Assembly: GCA_964016885.1 (NCBI GenBank)
Contig: OZ024764.1
Location: 3,100,001-3,164,000 of the forward strand
Length of the DNA: 64,000 bases
Direction: 5' to 3'
From: Eledone cirrhosa
Taxonomy: Eukaryota
The translations under genes were made by a program, and so were the position numbers. Within the stretch, counting starts at the first letter, position 1. Every line of letters starts with the position of its first letter. Below the pieces are notes generated by a model. The model made no database searches, had not been told where the DNA came from, and saw only the letters and a program-made list of their open reading frames with translations. Positions 52,973 through 64,000 of this stretch are shown here, one piece after another.

Positions 52973-54000
52973 CAGAGATTCTTTCCTGAGACATTCTAAC
53001 CACATGTCTGTAGTATCAGAGCTGTGGTCTCTCAATTCAGAGATTCTTTCCTCAGACATTCTAACCACATGTCTGTAGTATCAGAACTGTGATCTCTCAA
53101 TTCAGAGATTCTTTCCTGAGACATTCAAACCACATGTCTGTAGTATCAGAGATGTGATCTCTCAATACAGAGATTCTTTCCTCAGACATTCTAACCACAT
53201 GTCTGTAGTATCAGAGCTGTGATCTCTCAATTCAGAGATTCTTTCCTCAGACATTCTACCCACATGTCTGTAGTATCAGCTATGATCTCTCAATTCAGAG
53301 ATTCTTTCCTCAGACATTCTAACCACATGTCTGTAGTATCAGAGCTGTGATCTCTCAATTCAGAGATTCTTTCCTCAGACATTCTAACCACATGTCTGTA
53401 GTATCAGAGCTGTGATCTCTCAATTCAGAGATTCTTTCCTCAGACATTCTAACCACATGTCTGTAATATCAGAGCTGTGATCTCTCAATTCAGAGATTCT
53501 TTCCTCAGACATTCTAACCACATGTCTGTAGTATCAGCTGTGATCTCTCAATTCAGAGATTCTTTCCTCAGAATTCTAACCACATGTCTGTAGTATTAGA
53601 GCTGTGATCTCTCAATTCAGAGATTCTTTCCTCAGACATTCTAACCACATGTCTGTAATATCAGAGCTGTGATCTCTCAATTCAGAGATTCTTTCCTGAG
53701 ACATTCTAACCACATGTCTGTAGTATCAGAGCTGTGATCTCTCAATTCAGAGATTCTTTCCTCAGATATTCTAACCATATGTCTGTAGTATCAGAGCTGT
53801 GATCTCTCAATTCAGAGATTCTTTCCTCAGACATTCTACCCACATGTCTGTAGTATCAGAGCTGTGATCTCTCAATTCAGAGATTCTTTCCTCAGACATT
53901 CTACCCACATGTCTGTAGTATCAGAGCTGTGATCTCTCAATTCAGAGATTCTTTCCTCAGACATTCTAACCACATGTCTGTAGTATCAGAGCTGTGAATC
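52973..54000. repeat. 65-bp minisatellite (about 16 copies)
   Basis: Unit agagattctttcctcagacattctaaccacatgtctgtagtatcagagctgtgatctctcaattc. Confidence 0.97.
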
Positions 54001-54419
54001 TCTGATCTCTGAGCTACGCACTTTATCGAGTAATGTTACTCCAAAGACTCATTTTGGCTGCTTGTATTCGCAATCGTCTTCTTTTGGTCATTACCCAAGA
54101 TTCACAACCGTAGCTAACAATAATAACCTCTATTTATATTTTGAGAGAAGACATTAATGTCGTAGTCTAGATCGTGGTATATATCTCTGCAAAGTCTTTA
54201 AAATAAACATATTGTGCATTTTTAAGAAAGATATGACGAGACAAAGTTGTTTCAATTTTGGTTGTGTTGCTGGTGATGGGGGTGGCCACACGGACATCAA
54301 ATCATCATCATTGTCATCATCATCATCATCATCATCATCATCTGCCGTCGAAAACATTCCGTTGATCTTTGTTGTCTTCCAAGACCTCCAGCAACAATCT
54401 GGCCTGGTTATAGTTGACA

Positions 54420-55820
54420 CGATAGGACAGGACTCCACCCTTATTAAAATACCCCAAGATCCCTCCTATAAGATAGAACCTTGTAGGAGGCCAGTTAAAC
54501 CTATATGAATGTGAGCTGTAATAACATGATAGATCTGGGGCCTCTCTCATTAAAACACCCCAGAAACCTCCTGTGCAATACAATCTCCAACTTTGTGACA
54601 AGCTACCCCAAAGTGTGGGCTGTAATAACAACTATATGATAGACCTGGTGTCCCTATAATTAAAACACCTCATGTGAGACCAGCTAAACCTACGAAGGTG
54701 TGACCTGTAATGAGTACTTAATAAGACTGGGGTCCTACCCAAGAAACCTCCTATGAGATACAACCTTGTAGGAGGCCAGCTAAACCTACATAGGTGTCAG
54801 ATACAATACTTGATAGGACTGGGGTCCTTAGTAAAACAGCCAAGAAACCTCCTATGAGATACAACCTTGTAGGAGGCCAGCTCAACCTACATAAGTGTTA
54901 GCTGCAATACATGATAGGACTGGGGCCCTTAGTAAAACACCCAAGAAACCTCCTATGAGATACAGTCTTATAGGAGGCCAGCTAAACCTATATAGGTGTC
55001 AGCTGTAACAACATGATAGGACTGGGGTCCTTATCATTAACCCCCCCCCCCCCAGACACCTTGTATGAGATACAATCTTGTAGGAGCCCAGTTAAACCTA
55101 CATAGGTGTGAACTGTAACATGATAGGACTGGGGTCCCTATCATTAAAACACCCAAGAATCCTCTGTGTAGGAGGTTGGCTAAACCTACATAGGTGTGAG
55201 CTGTAACAAAATGATAGGACTGGAGCCCCTATTATTAAAACACCCAAGAAACCTCCCATGAGATGCAACTTTGTAGGTGACCAACTAAACCTATATAGAT
55301 GTGAGTTGTAACAAAATGATAGGACTGGGGTCCCTATCATTAAAACACTTGAGAAACCTTCTATGAGATGTAACATTGTAGGTGACCAACTTAACCTACA
55401 TAGGTGTGAGCTGTAACAACATGATAGGACTGGGGTCCCTATCATTAAAACACCTGAGAAACCTTCTATGAGATGTAACATTGTAGGTGACCAACTTAAC
55501 CTACATAGGTGTGAGCTGTAACAACATGATAGGACTGGGGTCCCTATCATTAAAACACCTGAGAAACCTTCTATGAGATGTAACATTGTAGGTGACCAAC
55601 TTAACCTACATAGGTGTGAGCTGTAACAACATGATAGGACTGGGGTCCCTATCATTAAAACACCTGAGAAACCTTCTATGAGATGTAACATTGTAGGTGA
55701 CCAACTTAACCTACATAGGTGTGAGCTGTAACAACATGATAGGACTAGGGTTCCCTATCGTTAAAATACCCAAGAATCCTCCGCATAGGAGGTAAGCTAA
55801 ACCTACATAGGTGTGAGCTG
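54420..55820. repeat. 105-bp minisatellite family, array 3
   Basis: Same unit, more diverged at the left end. Confidence 0.92.
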
Positions 55821-56274
55821 ACTAAAACAGAAATTCTTGTGGTGTCTTGCTAGTCACAGCCATACACTCTATGGACCCACACCACCACTGTCACACATGG
55901 GGTCCACTCTCCCTAAAACAGTTTTAATAACAAATGAAAAAGACACGAATAAAAACAAAAACAAAGACACTTCCTCTTGTGTTGCTAGTCAAGGTCTTTC
56001 CCCCGCCCCACCTGTGCAACTCCACCACCACCACTGTCACACAACTGTAATCTATCACCCCCAACCCCACCCCCCACTACAAGCAGTCATCAAAGTGATG
56101 TCCCCTTCACCAACACGTTGGAAAAAAATGTATCATCTCTCTCTCTCTCTTTTAAATTTATTTTTTAGTTTTACAAAATATTATTGTATTTTTAATTAAA
56201 TTTTTTCAAAAATTATATTTCTCTTTTTATTGTTCTTTATTGTTTTTTGTTTGTTTGTTGGAAATTTTTTTTTT

Positions 56275-59200
56275 TGGGGGGGGGGGGGGGGTGTCTGAGA
56301 GTTGTTCTTGTACTGTCCCCAGGGTGGTTCCAGCTTTGGTAGGTGCTGTGGCTGTGTAGAGGGTGGGTGGGGTCTGAGAGATGTTCTTGTTGTACTGTCC
56401 CCAGAGTGGTTCCAGCTTTGGTAGGTGCTGTGGCTGTGTAGAGGAGGGGTGGGGTCTGAGAGTTGTTCTTGTTATACTGTCCCCAGAGTGGTTCCAGCTT
56501 TGGTAGGTGCTGTGGGTGTGTAGAGAGGGGGTGGGGTCTGAGAGTTGTTCTTGTTGTACTGTCCCCAGAGTGGTTCCAGCTTTGGTAGGTGCTGTGGGTG
56601 TGTAGAGGGGGGGTGGGGTCTGAGAGTTGTTCTTGTTGTACTGTCCCCAGAGTGGTTCCAGCTTTGGTAGGTGCTGTGGGTGTGTAGAGGGGGGTGGGGT
56701 CTGAGAGTTGTTCTTGTTGTACTGTCCCCAGAGTGGTTCCAGCTTTGGTAGGTGCTGTGGCTGTGTAGAGGGGGGTGGGGTCTGAGAGTTGTTCTTGTTG
56801 TACTGTCCCCAGAGTGGTTCCAGCTTTGGTAGGTGCTGTGGGTGTGTAGAGAGGGGGTGGGGTCTGAGAGTTGTTCTTGTTGTACTGTCCCCAGAGTGGT
56901 TCCAGCTTTGGTAGGTGCTGTGGGTGTGTAGAGGGGGGTGGGGTCTGAGAGTTGTTCTTGTTGTACTGTCCCCAGAGTGGTTCCAGCTTTGGTAGGTGCT
57001 GTGGGTGTGTAGAGAGGGGGTGGGGTCTGAGAGATGTTCTTGTTATACTGTCCCCAGAGTGGTTCCAGCTTTGGTAGGTGCTGTGGGTGTGTAGAGGGGG
57101 GTGGGGTCTGAGAGTTGTTCTTGTTGTACTGTCCCCAGAGTGGTTCCAGCTTTGGTAGGTGCTGTGGCTGTGTAGAGAGGGGGTGGGGTCTGAGAGTTGT
57201 TCTTGTTGTACTGTCCCCAGAGTGGTTCCAGCTTTGGTAGGTGCTGTGGCTGTGTAGAGAGGGGGTGGGGTCTGAGAGTTGTTCTTGTTGTACTGTCCCC
57301 AGAGTGGTTCCAGCTTTGGTAGGTGCTGTGGCTGTGTAGAGGGGGGTGGGGTCTGAGAGTTGTTCTTGTTATACTGTCCCCAGAGTGGTTCCAGCTTTGG
57401 TAGGTGCTGTGGGTGTGTAGAGAGGGGGTGGGGTCTGAGAGTTGTTCTTGTTGTACTGTCCCCAGAGTGGTTCCAGCTTTGGTAGGTGCTGTGGCTGTGT
57501 AGAGAGGGGGTGGGGTCTGAGAGTTGTTCTTGTTGTACTGTCCCCAGAGTGGTTCCAGCTTTGGTAGGTGCTGTGGGTGTGTAGAGAGGGGGTGGGGTCT
57601 GAGAGTTGTTCTTGTTATACTGTCCCCAGAGTGGTTCCAGCTTTGGTAGGTGCTGTGGGTGTGTAGAGAGGGGGTGGGGTCTGAGAGTTGTTCTTGTTGT
57701 ACTGTCCCCAGAGTGGTTCCAGCTTTGGTAGGTGCTGTGGGTGTGTAGAGGGGGGTGGGGTCTGAGAGTTGTTCTTGTTGTACTGTCCCCAGAGTGGTTC
57801 CAGCTTTGGTAGGTGCTGTGGGTGTGTAGAGAGGGGGTGGGGTCTGAGAGATGTTCTTGTTATACTGTCCCCAGAGTGGTTCCAGCTTTGGTAGGTGCTG
57901 TGGGTGTGTAGAGGGGGGTGGGGTCTGAGAGTTGTTCTTGTTGTACTGTCCCCAGAGTGGTTCCAGCTTTGGTAGGTGCTGTGGCTGTGTAGAGAGGGGG
58001 TGGGGTCTGAGAGTTGTTCTTGTTGTACTGTCCCCAGAGTGGTTCCAGCTTTGGTAGGTGCTGTGGCTGTGTAGAGAGGGGGTGGGGTCTGAGAGTTGTT
58101 CTTGTTGTACTGTCCCCAGAGTGGTTCCAGCTTTGGTAGGTGCTGTGGCTGTGTAGAGGGGGGTGGGGTCTGAGAGTTGTTCTTGTTATACTGTCCCCAG
58201 AGTGGTTCCAGCTTTGGTAGGTGCTGTGGGTGTGTAGAGAGGGGGTGGGGTCTGAGAGTTGTTCTTGTTGTACTGTCCCCAGAGTGGTTCCAGCTTTGGT
58301 AGGTGCTGTGGCTGTGTAGAGAGGGGGTGGGGTCTGAGAGTTGTTCTTGTTGTACTGTCCCCAGAGTGGTTCCAGCTTTGGTGGGTGTGTAGAGAGAGGG
58401 TGGGGTCTGAGAGTTGTTCTTGTTGTACTGTCCCCAGAGTGGTTCCAGCTTTGGTAGGTGCTGTGGGTGTGTAGAGAGGGGGTGGGGTCTGAGAGTTGTT
58501 CTTGTACTGTCCCCAGAGTGGTTCCAGCTTTGGTAGGTGCTGTGGGTGTGTAGAGAGGGGGTGGGGTCTGAGAGTTGTTCTTGTTGTACTGTCCCCAGAG
58601 TGGTTCCAGCTTTGGTAGGTGCTGTGGGTGTGTAGAGAGGGGGTGGGGTCTGAGAGTTGTTCTTGTTGTACTGTCCCCAGAGTGGTTCCAGCTTTGGTAG
58701 GTGCTGTGGGTGTGTAGAGGGGGGGTGGGGTCTGAGAGTTGTTCTTGTTGTACTGTCCCCAGAGTGGTTCCAGCTTTGGTAGGTGCTGTGGGTGTGTAGA
58801 GAGGGGGTGGGGTCTGAGAGTTGTTCTTGTTGTACTGTCCCCAGAGTGGTTCCAGCTTTGGTAGGTGCTGTGGGTGTGTAGAGAGGGGGTGGGGTCTGAG
58901 AGTTGTTCTTGTTATACTGTCCCCAGAGTGGTTCCAGCTTTGGTAGGTGCTGTGGCTGTGTAGAGAGGGGGTGGGGTCTGAGAGTTGTTCTTGTTGTACT
59001 GTCCCCAGAGTGGTTCCAGCTTTGGTAGGTGCTGTGGGTGTGTAGAGAAGGGGTGGGGTCTGAGAGTTGTTCTTGTTGTACTGTCCCCAGAGTGGTTCCA
59101 GCTTTGGTAGGTGCTGTGGCTGTGTAGAGAGGGGGTGGGGTCTGAGAGTTGTTCTTGTTGTACTGTCCCCAGAGTGGTTCCAGCTTTGGTAGGTGCTGTG

Positions 59201-62200
59201 GCTGTGTAGAGGGGGGGGGGGTCTGAGAGTTGTTCTTGTTGTACTGTCCCCAGAGTGGTTCCAGCTTTGGTAGGTGCTGTGGCTGTGTAGAGAGGGGGTG
59301 GGGTCTGAGAGTTGTTCTTGTTGTACTGTCCCCAGAGTGGTTCCAGCTTTGGTAGGTGCTGTGGCTGTGTAGAGGGGGGGGGGGTCTGAGAGTTGTTCTT
59401 GTTGTACTGTCCCCAGAGTGGTTCCAGCTTTGGTAGGTGCTGTGGCTGTGTAGAGAGGGGGTGGGGTCTGAGAGTTGTTCTTGTTGTACTGTCCCCAGAG
59501 TGGTTCCAGCTTTGGTAGGTGCTGTGGCTGTGTAGAGGGGGGGGGGGTCTGAGAGTTGTTCTTGTTGTACTGTCCCCAGAGTGGTTCCAGCTTTGGTAGG
59601 TGCTGTGGCTGTGTAGAGAGGGGGTGGGGTCTGAGAGTTGTTCTTGTTGTACTGTCCCCAGAGTGGTTCCAGCTTTGGTAGGTGCTGTGGCTGTGTAGAG
59701 AGGGGGTGGGGTCTGAGAGTTGTTCTTGTTGTACTGTCCCCAGAGTGGTTCCAGCTTTGGTAGGTGCTGTGGCTGTGTAGAGGGGGGGGGGTCTGAGAGT
59801 TGTTCTTGTTGTACTGTCCCCAGAGTGGTTCCAGCTTTGGTAGGTGCTGTGGCTGTGTAGAGAGGGGGTGGGGTCTGAGAGTTGTTCTTGTTGTACTGTC
59901 CCCAGAGTGGTTCCAGCTTTGGTAGGTGCTGTGGCTGTGTAGAGGGGGGGGGGGTCTGAGAGTTGTTCTTGTTGTACTGTCCCCAGAGTGGTTCCAGCTT
60001 TGGTAGGTGCTGTGGCTGTGTAGAGGGGGGGGGGGTCTGAGAGTTGTTCTTGTTGTACTGTCCCCAGAGTGGTTCCAGCTTTGGTAGGTGCTGTGGCTGT
60101 GTAGAGAGGGGGGGGGGTCTGAGAGTTGTTCTTGTTGTACTGTCCCCAGAGTGGTTCCAGCTTTGGTAGGTGCTGTGGCTGTGTAGAGAGGGGGTGGGGT
60201 CTGAGAGTTGTTCTTGTTGTACTGTCCCCAGAGTGGTTCCAGCTTTGGTAGGTGCTGTGGCTGTGTAGAGAGGGGGTGGGGTCTGAGAGTTGTTCTTGTT
60301 GTACTGTCCCCAGAGTGGTTCCAGCTTTGGTAGGTGCTGTGGCTGTGTAGAGGGGGGGGGGGGGGTCTGAGAGTTGTTCTTGTTGTACTGTCCCCAGAGT
60401 GGTTCCAGCTTTGGTAGGTGCTGTGGGTGTGTAGAGAGGGGGTGGGGTCTGAGAGTTGTTCTTGTTGTACTGTCCCCAGAGTGGTTCCAGCTTTGGTAGG
60501 TGCTGTGGCTGTGTAGAGGGGGGGGGGGGTCTGAGAGTTGTTCTTGTTGTACTGTCCCCAGAGTGGTTCCAGCTTTGGTAGGTGCTGTGGCTGTGTAGAG
60601 AGGGGGTGGGGTCTGAGAGTTGTTCTTGTTGTACTGTCCCCAGAGTGGTTCCAGCTTTGGTAGGTGCTGTGGCTGTGTAGAGAGGGGGTGGGGTCTGAGA
60701 GTTGTTCTTGTTGTACTGTCCCCAGAGTGGTTCCAGCTTTGGTAGGTGCTGTGGGTGTGTAGAGGGGGGTGGGGTCTGAGAGTTGTTCTTGTTATACTGT
60801 CCCCAGAGTGGTTCCAGCTTTGGTAGGTGCTGTGGGTGTGTAGAGAGGGGTGGGGTCTGAGAGTTGTTCTTGTACTGTCCCCAGAGTGGTTCCAGCTTTG
60901 GTAGGTGCTGTGGGTGTGTAGAGGGGGGGGGTCTGAGAGTTGTTCTTGTTGTACTGTCCCCAGAGTGGTTCCAGCTTTGGTAGGTGCTGTGGCTGTGTAG
61001 AGAGGGGTGGGGTCTGAGAGTTGTTCTTGTTGTACTGTCCCCAGAGTGGTTCCAGCTTTGGTAGGTGCTGTGGGTGTGTAGAGAGGGGGTGGGGTCTGAG
61101 AGTTGTTCTTGTTGTACTGTCCCCAGAGTGGTTCCAGCTTTGGTAGGTGCTGTGGGTGTGTAGAGGGGGGTGGGGTCTGAGAGTTGTTCTTGTTATACTG
61201 TCCCCAGAGTGGTTCCAGCTTTGGTAGGTGCTGTGGGTGTGTAGAGAGGGGGTGGGGTCTGAGAGTTGTTCTTGTTGTACTGTCCCCAGAGTGGTTCCAG
61301 CTTTGGTAGGTGCTGTGGGTGTGTAGAGAGGGGGGGGTCTGAGAGTTGTTCTTGTACTGTCCCCAGAGTGGTTCCAGCTTTGGTAGGTGCTGTGGGTGTG
61401 TAGAGAGGGGTGGGGTCTGAGAGTTGTTCTTGTTGTACTGTCCCCAGAGTGGTTCCAGCTTTGGTAGGTGCTGTGGGTGTGTAGAGGGGGGGTGGGGTCT
61501 GAGAGTTGTTCTTGTACTGTCCCCAGAGTGGTTCCAGCTTTGGTAGGTGCTGTGGGTGTGTAGAGAGGGGGGGGTCTGAGAGTTGTTCTTGTTGTACTGT
61601 CCCCAGAGTGGTTCCAGCTTTGGTAGGTGCTGTGGGTGTGTAGAGGGGGGGTGGGGTCTGAGAGTTGTTCTTGTACTGTCCCCAGAGTGGTTCCAGCTTT
61701 GGTAGGTGCTGTGGGTGTGTAGAGAGGGGGGGGTCTGAGAGTTGTTCTTGTTGTACTGTCCCCAGAGTGGTTCCAGCTTTGGTAGGTGCTGTGGGTGTGT
61801 AGAGGGGGGTGGGGTCTGAGAGTTGTTCTTGTTGTACTGTCCCCAGAGTGGTTCCAGCTTTGGTAGGTGCTGTGGGTGTGTAGAGGGGGGTGGGGTCTGA
61901 GAGTTGTTCTTGTTGTACTGTCCCCAGAGTGGTTCCAGCTTTGGTAGGTGCTGTGGGTGTGTAGAGAGGGGGTGGGGTCTGAGAGTTGTTCTTGTTGTAC
62001 TGTCCCCAGAGTGGTTCCAGCTTTGGTAGGTGCTGTGGCTGTGTAGAGAGGGGTGGGGTCTGAGAGTTGTTCTTGTTGTACTGTCCCCAGAGTGGTTCCA
62101 GCTTTGGTAGGTGCTGTGGGTGTGTAGAGGGGGGGGTGGGGTCTGAGAGTTGTTCTTGTTGTACTGTCCCCAGAGTGGTTCCAGCTTTGGTAGGTGCTGT

Positions 62201-64000
62201 GGCTGTGTAGAGGGGGGGTGGGGTCTGAGAGTTGTTCTTGTTGTACTGTCCCCAGAGTGGTTCCAGCTTTGGTAGGTGCTGTGGGTGTGTAGAGAGGGGG
62301 TGGGGTCTGAGAGTTGTTCTTGTTGTACTGTCCCCAGAGTGGTTCCAGCTTTGGTAGGTGCTGTGGGTGTGTAGAGAGGGGGGGGGTCTGAGAGTTGTTC
62401 TTGTTGTACTGTCCCCAGAGTGGTTCCAGCTTTGGTAGGTGCTGTGGGTGTGTAGAGGGGGGGTGGGGTCTGAGAGTTGTTCTTGTTGTACTGTCCCCAG
62501 AGTGGTTCCAGCTTTGGTAGGTGCTGTGGCTGTGTAGAGGGGGGTGGGGTCTGAGAGTTGTTCTTGTACTGTCCCCAGAGTGGTTCCAGCTTTGGTAGGT
62601 GCTGTGGGTGTGTAGAGAGGGGGTGTCTGAGAGTTGTTCTTGTTGTACTGTCCCCAGAGTGGTTCCAGCTTTGGTAGGTGCTGTGGGTGTGTAGAGGGGG
62701 GGTGGGGTCTGAGAGTTGTTCTTGTTGTACTGTCCCCAGAGTGGTTCCAGCTTTGGTAGGTGCTGTGGCTGTGTAGAGGGGGGGTGGGGTCTGAGAGTTG
62801 TTCTTGTTGTACTGTCCCCAGAGTGGTTCCAGCTTTGGTAGGTGCTGTGGGTGTGTAGAGAGGGGGTGGGGTCTGAGAGTTGTTCTTGTTGTACTGTCCC
62901 CAGAGTGGTTCCAGCTTTGGTAGGTGCTGTGGGTGTGTAGAGAGGGGGGGGTCTGAGAGTTGTTCTTGTTGTACTGTCCCCAGAGTGGTTCCAGCTTTGG
63001 TAGGTGCTGTGGGTGTGTAGAGGGGGGGTGGGGTCTGAGAGTTGTTCTTGTTGTACTGTCCCCAGAGTGGTTCCAGCTTTGGTAGGTGCTGTGGCTGTGT
63101 AGAGGGGGGGTGGGGTCTGAGAGTTGTTCTTGTTGTACTGTCCCCAGAGTGGTTCCAGCTTTGGTAGGTGCTGTGGGTGTGTAGAGAGGGGGTGGGGTCT
63201 GAGAGTTGTTCTTGTTGTACTGTCCCCAGAGTGGTTCCAGCTTTGGTAGGTGCTGTGGGTGTGTAGAGAGGGGGGGGTCTGAGAGTTGTTCTTGTTGTAC
63301 TGTCCCCAGAGTGGTTCCAGCTTTGGTAGGTGCTGTGGGTGTGTAGAGGGGGGGTGGGGTCTGAGAGTTGTTCTTGTTGTACTGTCCCCAGAGTGGTTCC
63401 AGCTTTGGTAGGTGCTGTGGCTGTGTAGAGGGGGGTGGGGTCTGAGAGTTGTTCTTGTACTGTCCCCAGAGTGGTTCCAGCTTTGGTAGGTGCTGTGGGT
63501 GTGTAGAGAGGGGTGGGGTCTGAGAGTTGTTCTTGTTGTACTGTCCCCAGGGTGGTTCCAGCTTTGGTAGGTGCTGTGGGTGTGTAGAGAGGGGGGGGGG
63601 TCTGAGAGTTGTTCTTGTTGTACTGTCCCCAGAGTGGTTCCAGCTTTGGTAGGTGCTGTGGCTGTGTAGAGAGGGGGTGGGGTCTGAGAGTTGTTCTTGT
63701 TGTACTGTCCCCAGAGTGGTTCCAGCTTTGGTAGGTGCTGTGGGTGTGTAGAGGGGGGGTGGGGTCTGAGAGTTGTTCTTGTTATACTGTCCCCAGAGTG
63801 GTTCCAGCTTTGGTAGGTGCTGTGGGTGTGTAGAGAGGGGGGTGGGGTCTGAGAGTTGTTCTTGTACTGTCCCCAGAGTGGTTCCAGCTTTGGTAGGTGC
63901 TGTGGGTGTGTAGAGGGGGGGTGGGGTCTGAGAGTTGTTCTTGTTGTACTGTCCCCAGAGTGGTTCCAGCTTTGGTAGGTGCTGTGGGTGTGTAGAGGGG
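56275..64000. repeat. ~82-bp G-rich satellite array (more than 90 copies), running off the window end
   Basis: Unit gtctgagagttgttcttgttgtactgtccccagagtggttccagctttggtaggtgctgtgggtgtgtagagagggggtggg. Confidence 0.99.

Overview
Animal genomic DNA that is extremely repeat-rich. The (TA)n/(CA)n microsatellites, tRNA-derived SINEs and RTE tails look cephalopod (octopus-like); this assignment is inferred. The only host gene I can support is the 3' part of polybromo-1 (PBRM1/BAF180) on the + strand. It comprises two HMG-box exons (12186-12317, 19728-19935), a candidate 39-nt cassette exon (23016-23054), a polyG/polyQ exon ending at a probable GC donor (30799-31212), and the conserved C-terminal exons (37594-37699, 40674-40911). 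There may also be an alternative last exon at 46803 that completes a split T|GA stop. Introns and flanks hold more than 10 minisatellite arrays, several apparently born from transposon or SINE pieces. They also contain CORE-like and Meta-like SINEs, truncated RTE LINE 3' ends, a full-length decayed mariner and MITEs. The most notable non-obvious signal is a dense set of AT-rich inverted repeats, many carrying minimal type I hammerhead-ribozyme motifs of the kind known from Penelope-like elements. Almost all long ORFs in the supplied track are repeat artefacts.
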